Assembly (NCBI GenBank): GCA_951406725.2
Contig: OX597826.1
Coordinates: forward strand, 17,546,001 to 17,610,000
Source: Octopus vulgaris
Taxonomy: Eukaryota
Direction: 5' to 3'
DNA length: 64,000 bases
Shown here: in pieces, positions 1 through 10,800 of the stretch
Position numbering within the stretch: the first letter of the stretch is position 1
Layout: every line of letters begins with the position of its first letter
Notes under the pieces: model-generated
What the model saw: the letters and a program-made list of their open reading frames with translations, nothing else
Database searches by the model: none
What the model was told of the DNA's origin: nothing
Translations under genes and position numbers: made by a program

Positions 1-104
1 AGTTATTTTATTGTCAGTTTTATTCTGTTTAATAAAATGGCTGGTAGACAAATGCAACACATCTGTGAAATTGTTTTTATATCAAACAAAGTCACCATTG
101 TTAT

Positions 105-325
105 TGGTTTCAAATTATGGCACAAGGCCAATAATTTCAGGGGAGGAGGTAAATTGATTACATCCCCCACCCCCGTACTCAACTGGTTTTTATTTTATCA
201 GTGGCAAAATGATGAAAGGCTAAGTTGACCCCTATGGCATTTGAATTCAGAATGTGAAGTCACAAGAAATGCCACTAAACATTTTTCTTCCCAGCACAGC
301 AACAATTCTGTCAGTCACCGCCTTT
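105..325 (-). mobile_element. Degenerate SINE, Nin/Deu-domain-like family (family C)
   Basis: Diverged reverse-complement match to the cleaner copies at 4776-4980 and 35838-36056 (ctgaattcaaatgcc...ggtcaacttagcctttcatc). Confidence 0.55.
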
Positions 326-1069
326 CAAAGTCAACTTTATGATTATCATTGTTCTATGTCTATTTTCCCATGCTGGTATAGGTTTGACAGGTGTTCTGAG
401 AGAATGGTTTATAGCTGGATCCCCTTCTTGTTGTTAACCCTTTTAGTCGTCTCTTTGAAGAAGTGTGGTTTGTGTATTCTAAAACTAGGACACACAGGAG
501 CATTAAGAAAACTTATCTAAAAAAATGTAATTTACTGTCAGAAAAAAACCTTGAACAAAAAGATTAATTGGGCATCAGATCAGATTCATAGAATACTGTC
601 ATAAAGTGATATGCAGTACACGGGTCTCCTCCTTTGACACCAAACTACCTGAAATAGCTCTTAGTTCAATGAAGCAAATTCACTGTTTTAATATTTCATC
701 AAAATTTTGTGTTAATTTATGTTCTAAACACCAGCTTAATCATAAAATTATTTTACTAAATTCTTTTTTTTTTTTTCAAAAATTAACTCAAACAAAAGCA
801 GTGTATTTTGATAGAGATATGGTGTCAAAAAGGATAAAGTAGTTATGGTGAAACTCTTAACAGATATATCTAGATTAAGTAGAAAGATTAGTCCAAGCCA
901 GATTGTTGCGGGGCAAAGAACAAAGCTGACAGTTCAGAGATAACATAAGACAATGTTAATAAACTTTGCCACCCTTAAAACATTTCAGATGTCCATAAAG
1001 GATTGGCTTTTGGTGACTGTACGAAGAGTTTTATTTTGTTAAACCCTTGAATTCAAGATGATGAGTCAC

Positions 1070-1406
1070 TAAGCTACATGGTTCCAGGTTCCCACTGCAT
1101 GACACCTTGGGCATGTGTCTTCTACATAGCTTCAGGTCAACTAAAGCATTGTCAGTGGAATTCATAGATGGAAACTGAAAGAAGCCCATTGTATATAAAT
1201 ATGTGTTTGTTTTTGTCCCCCACCACCACTTAACAACTGGTGTTGATATGCTTATGTCCCTGTTACTTAGTGGTTCAGCAAAAGAGACTGATAGAATAAG
1301 TGTGAGCTTTAAAAAATGTATACTGGGGTCGATTTGTACAGCTAAACTTCTTCATAGTGATGCCCCAGGATGGTCACAGCCTAATGACTGAAACTAGTAA
1401 AAGATT
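1070..1406 (+). mobile_element. tRNA-derived SINE, family A (CORE-like ccttgggcaagtgtctt block)
   Basis: Same body as copies at 3733, 5324, 8719, 22585 and 42236; ends in a gaaactagtaaaag tail. Confidence 0.85.
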
Positions 1407-1477
1407 AACATGTGTTACTTCTCTTGTCTTATATCCATTCCTCTTCTCTCAGTAATTCTTATTTATCCATCAATACT

Positions 1478-2080
1478 AAGCGTCGCCTAAACATCTTTCA
1501 CCTGCGCTGCCTCCGGAAAATCCTCCGCATCAAATGGCAGAACCATATCCCCAACAAAGATGTCCTCAAGCAAGCAGGAATACCAAGCATGTTTGCACTC
1601 CTCACACAAAGACGTATGAGATGGCTTGGGCATGTTAGCCGTATGAAAGATGGCAGAATCCCCAAGGACATAGTCTACGGAGAGCTTGCTAGGGGCACTA
1701 GGTCTGTGGGAAGACCATTCTTACGTTACAAGGATGTTTGCAAAAGGGACATGAAGGCCTGCAACATCAATATTAGCAGTTGGGAAGCAATTGCCAGCAA
1801 CCGTGGAGATTGGCGACGTACCGTAAAAGAGGGAATACAAAGGAGTGACAGAGAGAGAGAGGAGAAATGGAAAGACAAGAAAAGACGTCAACAAGAAACT
1901 ATGACACTACAACCAGCCAGGAATAGTCTTCGCTACATTTGCGGTACCTGCCAGAGGGAGTGTTTGTCCAGGATAGGACTACACAGCCACAGCAGGAAAT
2001 GTATCAGGACATGAAATGTAAAAGCCGGACTAGACTAGACTCTCCCGAGACAAAAAGGATGCCAACACAACACAACACAC
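1478..2080 (+). mobile_element. RTE-clade LINE, 5'-truncated 3' end (ORF C-terminus with zinc finger, 3'UTR, (CAACA)n tail)
   Basis: ORF 1412-2014 contains FHLRCLRKILRIKW...RRMRWLGHVSRM..GRIPK..YGEL..G.RS.GRP..RYKD and a terminal CxxC...H...C, typical of the RTE/BovB C-terminus; short tandem tail at about 2063-2080. Confidence 0.9.
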
Positions 2081-2510
2081 TAGTAAAATATTTCTTCACT
2101 CCTTAACTGGTTCCACCCGGATAGACTTCTAACAATTTATTTCACTGTTTAAACTTATTTGCATTATTTCACCCATACAAATCCTCATTCATTTCCTCAG
2201 GCAGAGCCCAACCTTCACAGAACTTCACCCAGTGAGCCCACGATAAATCAGTTACAATATTTCACCTGTTAACAGAAGTAGTAAGCCAAGGACATTCACA
2301 CAGCTACAAAAAAATGTGACCTTGTCAAGCCTTCCCCCACCTGCAGCAATTTGAATTCATGTCCAAGAGGCATGGCTAAACTCACCTTTTGTTCAGAGCT
2401 GTACAACCTCTTACTTCCTCTCCCCACTCCCCATCTTCTGCTGCTTAACTCTCCCACCTTTTTTATTTTCTTTTTCTTTGTTTCCTTGGTGAGAAAGTTA
2501 TTAGTTACCT

Positions 2511-2873
2511 TTTACCTTTTGCTAGTTCCAGTCATTAGACTGCAGCCATGCTGGGGCACTGCCTTGAAGAGTTGTTAGTCAAATGAATTGACCCCAGTAC
2601 TTATTTATTTTTTAAAGCCTGATACCTATCCCGTTGATCTCTTTTTCCCTGAACTCCGAAGTTATGGGGATGTAAACATACCAACACCGGTTGTAAAGTG
2701 GTGGTTGGGGACAAACACACACACACACACACACACACATGGGCTTCTTTCAGTTTCTGTCTACCAAATCCATTTGAGGCTTTGGTTGGCCCAAGGTGCT
2801 ACACACAGTGGGACTGAACCCAGAACCATGTGGTTGGGAAGCAAACTTCTTACCTCACAGCCACGCCTGTGCC
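2511..2873 (-). mobile_element. SINE family A
   Basis: Reverse complement of the family A body with internal (CA)n; tRNA-like head near 2873. Confidence 0.85.
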
Positions 2874-3732
2874 TTTGGTTGTTTTTGTTTTTACTTGATA
2901 ATTTAATCTTTTATGCTTTTAATGGGGCTTTTTTTTTTCCTGTGAAAATATGTTGTTAAATTCATCTTCTAACACCCATCCTTCCAACAACCTTCTCACT
3001 GTGGTCCTTACTAGGGTGCTATAAATGCTACCACTTATTCCTCTAAACTTCCCATTGTATCCTTACCACTGTCCCTTATCCCCTCCTCCTCGTCTTTGAC
3101 CCATTCCTATTTTCTTTCCTTCATTTGTCCTCCTCCAAACTGTCCCCATCTCTCATCCTCTGCCACCCCATTTTCACTCTAGTGCACTTACCTACCCACC
3201 CACCTTTTTGTCCCTCTATCCCTATTCTTTCTCTCATATTCACCTTGTACCATGACTTCACCCCCTCTCTCTCTCTCTCTCTCCACCCCACTCCATTCCA
3301 GATGGGAAGCCATGTGTTCCCCACTTCAGCAAGTTGCCTGCTCCTGTTACTTTATCATATTTTTACATCTCTCAGTATTATGTCCCACTCAGTTGAGGGG
3401 GGTCTTGCAAATGCCAAGTGACCTCACCAGTGCTGGTGCCTCAAGAAAATAACTCTCAATAAGCTCTATACAGCAGTTGGCATTAAGAAGGACATCCAGC
3501 TGTAGAAATCATACCTAAAACGACATTAGGGTTCGGCACATGCCCCTTGGCTTGTCAGTTCCTATCAAACTAGTCAACCCATGTCAGCTTTGTGGTATTT
3601 CAACCATCTTTACATTCTAAATTCAAATTCTGCCAAGGTTGACTTCACTGAAATTGCTGGCCTTGTATCAAAATTTGAAACTAAATATTGGTGATATGTG
3701 TGTGTGTGTGTGTTTATATAAAGATATACATA

Positions 3733-4092
3733 GACATAGGAGTGACTGTGTAGTAAATAGCTTGCTTACCAACCACATGGTTCAGTCCCACCGTGTGCCT
3801 TGGGCAAGTGTCTTCTAATATAGCCTCAGGCCAACCAAAGCCTTGTGAGTGGATTTGGTAGATGGAAACTGAAAGAAGCCCGTCATATGTATGTGTATCT
3901 GTGTTTGTCCCCCCAACATTGCTTGACAACTGATGGTGGTGTGTTTATGTCCCCGTAACTTAGCGGTTTGGCAAAAGAGACCTATAGAATAAGTATTAGG
4001 CTTACAAAGAATAAGTCCTGGGGTCGATTTGCTTGACTAAAGGCGGTACTCCAGCATGGCCACAGTCAAATGACTGAAACAAGTAAAAGAGT
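3733..4092 (+). mobile_element. SINE family A, full length
   Basis: A-box-like gtgactgtgtagt head, ggttcagtccc B-box-like motif, CORE-like block, gaaacaagtaaaagag tail. Confidence 0.9.
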
Positions 4093-4477
4093 ATATAATG
4101 AAAATAAATACATAAATACACACACACACACATATATTGCAAATTAAATTATTGGTGTCTGTTAACTTAAAGGTTGCTATACACCAAATACTAAAGTGTG
4201 CTGTCACGTAGTCATAAACAACTCATAGATCTTAACTCTATATATTGACATAGTGCGTTTTCCTCTCTAAGCTTTATGAACTTTCAGTTAACATTTATTT
4301 CCTGTTTGATGTTGAATGTTAAGTAAATCTTGAAAATGATTTTAAGATAGTTTTGCATAAAACATAGACTTGAAAGCATTTGTTTTTGTCTGCTGTTGAG
4401 TATAAAGATAAGTTTGATGATGTTTAAACATTTAATTGACATGTTTTATTCTTCAAACCTGCAGTTAAGAAAGAGCA

Positions 4478-4515
<38 letters not shown>

Positions 4516-4775
4516 GATTTATTCATTTCAAGTTTCATTCATTTACACATGTTTTTGGAGACACTGGTTTCCATATAAAACTAGTGATTTGCTGCTGTCC
4601 TATTGCACACATACGCAATCTCTAATGAGTCAACAAAAATATGTACAAAGCCACTTTCTTTATTGATATAGTTACAAACACAAGGCATTCATTGAAAACA
4701 TGTCAGCTAACCATAAAAGAAATTCCTTGCATAACTGGTATGGTGATTTGAAATAATAAAAACAACCGAGAAATA

Positions 4776-4980
4776 GGTGGCCAGCTGGCAGAAACGTTAG
4801 TATGCTGGGCGAAATGCTTAGTGGTATTTCATCTGTCTTCACATTCTGAGTTCAAATTCCACCAAGGTCGACATCCTTTCGGGGTCGATAAATTAAGTAC
4901 CTGTTGTGTACTGGGGTCAATCTAATCGACTGGCCCCCTCCTCAAAAATTTCTGGTCTTGTGCCTAGAGTAGAAAAAAGA
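4776..4980 (+). mobile_element. SINE family C (tRNA-like head plus Nin/Deu-like domain)
   Basis: agctggcagaaacgttag head, gagttcaaattcc B box, catcctttcggggtcgataaattaagtacc block resembling the Deu/Nin SINE domain. Confidence 0.8.
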
Positions 4981-5323
4981 ACAATGGGAAATGAGAGGAA
5001 TTCTTTTCTGTGTATTTGGACTAAATTCAATTCCATTAGTGACCGAAGATAACCATAATCTTCACTGATCTACATAACCAGTCAGTTTTCTAGTGTTGCT
5101 TCTGAAAGTACTTTTATACATCTTAAATATGACATAAGTCCCCTCATATATAACACTTGGGAACCAAACATGTGCCTCTCATATAAGAACTAGTCACCCT
5201 CATACTTATACTCTCATCTAAGACCTGGTGGTGTTCTTTCTAAAGTTATCATAGTTTCAACAGGGTCACATTCACTTCTACTCTATCCACGTTCTAACTA
5301 TTTTTTACTCAGATGAACTAATA

Positions 5324-5697
5324 GATGCAGGCTCAGCTGAGTGGTAAGAAGCTTGCTTCCCAATGACATGCGACCGGGTTCAGTCCCACTGCATGGCACC
5401 TTAAGCAAGTGTCTTCTACTACAGCCTTGGGCTGACCAAAGCCTTGTGAGTGGATTTGGTAGACAGAAACTGCAAGAAGCCCGTCATGTGTGTATGTGTT
5501 TGTCCCCTACCACTGCTTAACAACTGTTGTGTTTACACCCCTGTAACTTAATGGTTTAGTAAAAGAGACTGATAGAGACCAGGCTTAATAGAAATAATAA
5601 ATACTGGGGTCAACTCATTTGATTAACAACTCTTCATGGCAGTGCCCCAGCATGGCTACAGTCTAATGACTGAAACAAGTAAAAGATAAAAGATAAG
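5324..5697 (+). mobile_element. SINE family A
   Basis: Full body with an (aaagat)n tail. Confidence 0.88.
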
Positions 5698-6069
5698 AAA
5701 TCACATATTTAACAAAGTAATAAAAAGGTGAGACATTTAGAAGTGTACGGTTTTTCTTTACCTCTGACAACAAGTATGATAATATTTTACCTAAAATCCA
5801 TGCATACCTTCAACAACCAGGACAACCCTACATTCCAAAAATGTTGTTGATATTCTGAACAGATTTCTTATCAGACCTTTCAATAATTTCCATCCACTTT
5901 GACCCATCCTGTATTTAACGACAGAAATAACTGAATTCAAGCAACAAAACAAATAAAAAAAATGTATATATCTTCTTCTTCCTCTTACTGTTGAGATAGT
6001 CAGTTGTTTACAGTAAAAGTTTATCTGTCATTTTATTGTACTCTTTGACATATTTTCCTGAACTAAACT

Positions 6070-6252
6070 CATCATCATCATCATTATCATTATTTAACGT
6101 CTGCTTTCAATGCTGGCATGGGTTGGACAGTTTGGCTGGAGCTTGTAAGGCCAGGGACTGCACCAGAGTCCATTGTCTGGTTTCTATGGCTGGATGCCCT
6201 TCCTAATGCCAACCACTCCTCAAAGTGTACTGGATGCTTTTATGTGGCACCA
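6070..6252 (-). mobile_element. 3' terminus of RTE-type LINE family B with (ATC)n/(GAT)n tail
   Basis: tttaacgtc...catgggttggac...ctggatgcccttcctaatgccaaccac; the same tail is physically joined to an RTE ORF at 37027-38027 and 52640-53850. Confidence 0.8.
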
Positions 6253-6313
6253 ACCCCAATATTGCTGTTTATATATATATACATTTTGCCGTTTATATAG
6301 ATATGTATATAGT

Positions 6314-6541
6314 GAGCTTCCTTCAGTTTCCATCTACTAAATCCACTCAAAAAGTTTCCATCAACCAAATCCACTCAAAAGGTTGGCCCAAGGCTATAGT
6401 AGAAGACACCTATGCCACATAGTGGGAGTGAACCCAGAACCATGTGGTTGGAAAGGAGACTTCTTACCGCATAGCTACACCTATACTTTACTCTTTTATT
6501 TGTTTCAGTCATTTGACTGCAGCCATGCTGGAGCACCGCCT
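6314..6541 (-). mobile_element. SINE family A fragments (a 5' half plus a separate 3' end)
   Basis: Reverse-complement matches to the family A head/CORE block (6314-6486) and tail (6487-6541). Confidence 0.75.
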
Positions 6542-6795
6542 GCAATTTTATATAAATAATACAATATCTCTTCTTTTATCAAATGCTAATGTATATTGAG
6601 CCAAGCAACTCTATTTACTGAATATCATTTTCACAGCAAAAATGTGTTGGGTAAGAAAATTTGGGATGTCGGTAGGATTAGGGTGTGCAATGTTGACCTC
6701 TCCACTTCACTGCCAAATTTTCGTGCGGCAACTGCTCAGATATTTTAATTATTTTCTTATTTTCTCTATATTATTGTGTTGATTTTTTTTTCCAG

Positions 6796-6876
6796 TTCCG
6801 TCAGGTAATGAAACAATGTATGAAGCAGAAGACAAAAGCAAAACTCTGGTAGAAGGAAATTCTAATACTTTAGTGG
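6796..6876 (+). CDS. Internal coding exon (81 bp, phase 1-1): extracellular stalk of a type I membrane protein
   Basis: Polypyrimidine acceptor tttttttttccag|, donor |gtaagt; only one frame is open: (x)PSGNETMYEAEDKSKTLVEGNSNTLV, with an N-E-T glycosylation sequon. Confidence 0.8.
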
Positions 6877-7059
6877 GTAAGTTAATTAACAAAAATAATC
6901 AACTCTTTATTTATTAGTTTATCTCACTTTCAGTTCTTATGAGTTACATTTACTGTCTGTATGGCTATCTCATATGTTTGATATACCTGTACTTGTACTT
7001 TTGTGTAGGCAGATTGTACTCTGAAAATTCATGTAAATATCAATTGTAAATCAACTGAA

Positions 7060-7251
7060 ATCATCATCATCATCATTGTTTAGCGTCCGCTTTCCATGCT
7101 GGCATGGGTTGGACGGTGCAACTGGGGTCTGTGAAGCCAGAAGGCTGCACCAGGCCCAGTCTGATCTGGCAGTGTTTCTACAGCTGGATGCCCTTCCTAA
7201 CGCCAACCACTCTGTGAGTGTAGTGGGTGCTTTTTACGTGCCACCGGCACC
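7060..7251 (-). mobile_element. RTE family B 3' terminus (intronic)
   Basis: (ATC)n followed by the conserved tail block. Confidence 0.82.
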
Positions 7252-7526
7252 AAAAAAAGTAAAAGTGGTTGTAAAAATGCCCCAAAATCAAACATTTCTT
7301 CCTTTTTCCCATGAATGGGGCAGCACTTTTAAAGAGCTAATTGTTATTCTAAATGAATATAACCAAAGTTTCAGTAGAATCTGTTCTCACTGAGCCAAGC
7401 AGAGTTATATATCAATACTTCCTGTGGCTAGATTCGAAGTCATGACCATGTTGTTCATTTTGTGACTATCTACAATTTTATAATGCTTAAAGAATGTTTT
7501 TCTTTTTTTTTTTTTTTTGCTTTCAG

Positions 7527-7605
7527 TTGTTTTATTGGTGATGGGATGCACTTTCCTGTTTGCCTTTTTCCTCAGTTTTGTTGCTGTTCTCTACAGATAT
7601 CATCG
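7527..7605 (+). CDS. Transmembrane exon (79 bp, phase 1-2)
   Basis: Long T tract then gctttcag| acceptor, |gtgagt donor; reads VVLLVMGCTFLFAFFLSFVAVLYRYHR (hydrophobic helix plus basic stop-transfer) and joins both neighbouring exons in frame. Confidence 0.88.
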
Positions 7606-8489
7606 GTGAGTTTTTCTTCTTATTTTCCCTTCATTAATTTATTAAACATCTACATCACACCAGCACAGAAACCTTTTCATAGTTTTTAACCTATTGAAAA
7701 TAAATTGATGCAATATAAACATGAAATATTGTTCCTCATATAGAGATGTGTAACAAACTCCATAGATTTTTTTTTTACATAGTTAATACAGTGTAACCAA
7801 AGCGGCTGGAGATAAGATAGTTTGACCAAACGAACCGGCAGTTGCGAATAAAAATAAATATTGAAAAAAACGCATTTGGCCAAATTTGGACATACGACTG
7901 TTTAACATAACAGCAACAATATATATATGGATATATCTGTGTGTGTGTGAAGGCATGTGGCTTAATGGTTAGGGCATTCAGTTCACGATTGCAAGGTGGT
8001 GAGTTCAATTCCCAAATAGCAACCAAATTTCTGTCACATCACACTGTATCATCTTTTCAAAATGACAATCTACATTATATAACATATTACTAGATATCTC
8101 GTGCCTGAAAAAGCAGACCTGGTGTTGATCATGACTTTTGATCATAGGTTTGCTCAATCTGGGCTGATTTGGAGCTAATTTGTACAGTCGTTTAACCCTA
8201 GATCGGAGCTGATCAAGCAGATCTATAATGAAGTGTTCCAACCAAGACCAACCCATCTTTTTATACATCTATGACTACATTTTCCAATGTCTTATATTGT
8301 TTTTAAGATGATAGTGTGATTTGAAGGAGAGTTGACTTCTATTTTTATCAATTGTTGAACAACTGTGTAGAGGCACCCTGATTAGGGTGATAAACCCTGA
8401 TTAGGAAGGCATGAACAAAACTACTCCAACCATAATCATAAGTACAAGTTTAGTAATCAACTAACCCACTCCCCTTAAAATTTCTTGCA

Positions 8490-8710
8490 AGCTGGCAGAA
8501 TCATTAGCATGCTGGGCAAACTATTTCGTGGCATTTCTTCCAGTTTTATGTTGTGAGTTCAAATTCCACTGCAGTTGAGCTGACATTTCAGGATTAATAA
8601 ACTAAAGTACGAGTCAAAATAAGTACCAGTTGAACACAGGTCTATGTGCCCTGAAATTGCTAGCCTTGTGCCAAAATTTGAAATCAGATTGTGCCAAAAT
8701 TTGAAATCAT
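8490..8710 (+). mobile_element. SINE family C, degenerate
   Basis: gctggcagaatcattagc...gagttcaaattcc...aagtaccagt...ccttgtgccaaaatttgaaa (end duplicated). Confidence 0.65.
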
Positions 8711-8718
8711 TGCTAATA

Positions 8719-9080
8719 GGCACAGGCAAAGCTGTGTGGGAAGAAGCTTGCTTCCCAACCACATGGTTCTGGGTTCAGTCCCACTGCCTGGCACCTTGGG
8801 CAAGTGTCTTCTATTCTAGCCTTGGGTTGACTTGTGAGTGGATTTTGTAGACATAAACTGAAAGAAGCCTATCATATATGTGTGTTTGTCCCCCCACCAC
8901 TGCTTGACAACCATTGTTGGTGTGTTTATGTCCCAGTAATTCAGCAGTTCAGCAAAAAAGACCAATGGAATAAGTGCTAGGCTTAAGAAAAAGTAAGTCC
9001 TGGGATCAATTTGTTCAACTAAAACCCTTCAAGGCAGTGCCCCAATATGACCACAGTTAAATGACTGAAATAAGTAAAAG
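8719..9080 (+). mobile_element. SINE family A (intronic)
   Basis: Full body matching the other family A copies. Confidence 0.85.
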
Positions 9081-9502
9081 AAGCTTTATTGTTGAAAACT
9101 GGGTTTTGGGATCTACTTTAGCTACATTCTTTACATCAAATACCATTTTGTTAATTTTCTCTAAACTTTTCTTTAACTAAAAGTTAAATTTTGTAAAGTA
9201 AAATCAAAATGTTTTTTCAACTTATGGAGAACACATTGCTTGTGGTTTAGTGGTCTGCTAAAACCTGGGGCTAAACGATTCACAGTGTTTCTGCCTACCA
9301 CTGACTCTGGCTAGTAACCTCAGTAACCTCTTCATATTATTATCTGTAATGAATTAAAACAGCATTTATCATATTAAATGATCAACTTTGACCCTCAAAC
9401 CCTTACTACATTGGATTGTATTTCCATGCCTGACTAACAAAAATTATCTGCAAAAATATAATCTTTTATTAGTGACTAAATAGTTTGTTTCTCCTTTTCC
9501 AG

Positions 9503-9698
9503 CCGTAAGACTGCTGAATACCAGCGTGCTGCACAGGCCCATATAACATCAACACGTAATGCTGGCATCTACATGGACCTTGCTATGGATTCTCCAATGT
9601 CTAAATCTGGCTTACCTATTGGTGCACCAATCTATAATTCATTGAAGAAACATCCAGAACAGTATACATTTGTATCAGATGATGAACTTGACTTATAA
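9503..9698 (+). CDS. Terminal coding exon: cytoplasmic tail of the type I membrane protein
   Basis: Acceptor ctccttttccag|, phase 2; reads RKTAEYQRAAQAHITSTRNAGIYMDLAMDSPMSKSGLPIGAPIYNSLKKHPEQYTFVSDDELDL with TAA at 9696-9698. Confidence 0.85.
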
Positions 9699-10427
9699 AC
9701 CAAACATAAATATATTTGTCGATTTCTGTAACCACTGTCATGTTTTTTAATCCAGAATTCTTGTGAAATGGATTGAGATTTTAATAAGAACTTCTGGTAA
9801 TCAATCACACAGCTCATTCCAAACTAATATGGCCAAAATCCCTATTGTGTTGGACATTGTACTACATATTCCAAGTTCTGAACTGTATCACCATCAGCTT
9901 AAAATAGTGTCATTGTGAGATTCCTCTAAGTTTTGGAGTTTGGTTGGTTTTTGTATTCTCCTGGATTAGTGATGACTGGGTATCAGACTCTACAACAACA
10001 ACAACTGTAGGAAACATATCTGTTAATTAAATAATCAACTTAAATTATCAATTAATTATGCACTAAACATCACACTATGTTATATCTGTAGTATGAGGCA
10101 AGCTAAACTTTTGGTGGGGGTTTTTTGAACACATAGGACCTGTCCCTATGTTGTAACAAACAAATGTTGTTTTCTTTCTGCTGATAGATAAGATCTACCT
10201 GGTTTGTTTCAAATCTTGTTTGATTTACATCAGTGGGAGAATATCATTCAATTTGCTCAAGGAAAGAAACATAGCTAATAGCTATGTATAACAACTAAAT
10301 GTAGTGAATACTGCTAAATCAATTATTTTGATTTGCATTATGTATTCCTTTCTATGGACAAATCAAATGGTATTCAATTTCTGATAGAAGAATTGAAATT
10401 GGTCAGGTAGAATGTTTGTGTGTCCTC

Positions 10428-10800
10428 AAGTGTAGGTGTGACTATGTTATTTGGAAGCTTACTTCCTAACTGTGTGTTTTCAAGTTCAGTCCTACTATGT
10501 TGAGACCTTCAACAAGTATCTACAGGCCTGGGCCAGCCAAAGTCTTAAGAGTGGATTTGGTTGACAGAAACTGAAAAAAGCCCATCATGTATATATACAT
10601 ATGTTTGTGAGCACCCTTGTCTTGACATTACAAGATGGTTGTTAAATGAACATCATTGTCATGCAAGTGGTGTTATTAATCTCCAATCTTCCTTGGAAAT
10701 ACATCTGGCCCTTGGAAAATATTACTTTACTTGTAAAGGGCATCCGGCTGTAGAAAATGTGTCTCAACCCATGAAATCATGGAGAATTGAACAATAAAAC
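10428..10800 (+). mobile_element. SINE with a family A head/CORE block but an RTE family B-type 3' tail
   Basis: Head matches family A up to gaaactgaaaaaagccc; the 3' part has aagggcatccggctgtagaaa...acccatg, matching the family B LINE terminus. Confidence 0.6.

Noticed and set aside
1412-1477. Hydrophobic N-terminus of ORF 1412-2014 as a signal peptide or domesticated gene
   Set aside because: It is flanking sequence read in frame into a truncated RTE fragment, and it starts at a non-ATG codon.
7950-8015. tRNA-like sequence (also the heads at 42236 and 62051)
   Set aside because: A/B boxes are present but there is no complete cloverleaf; these are SINE heads, not tRNA genes.
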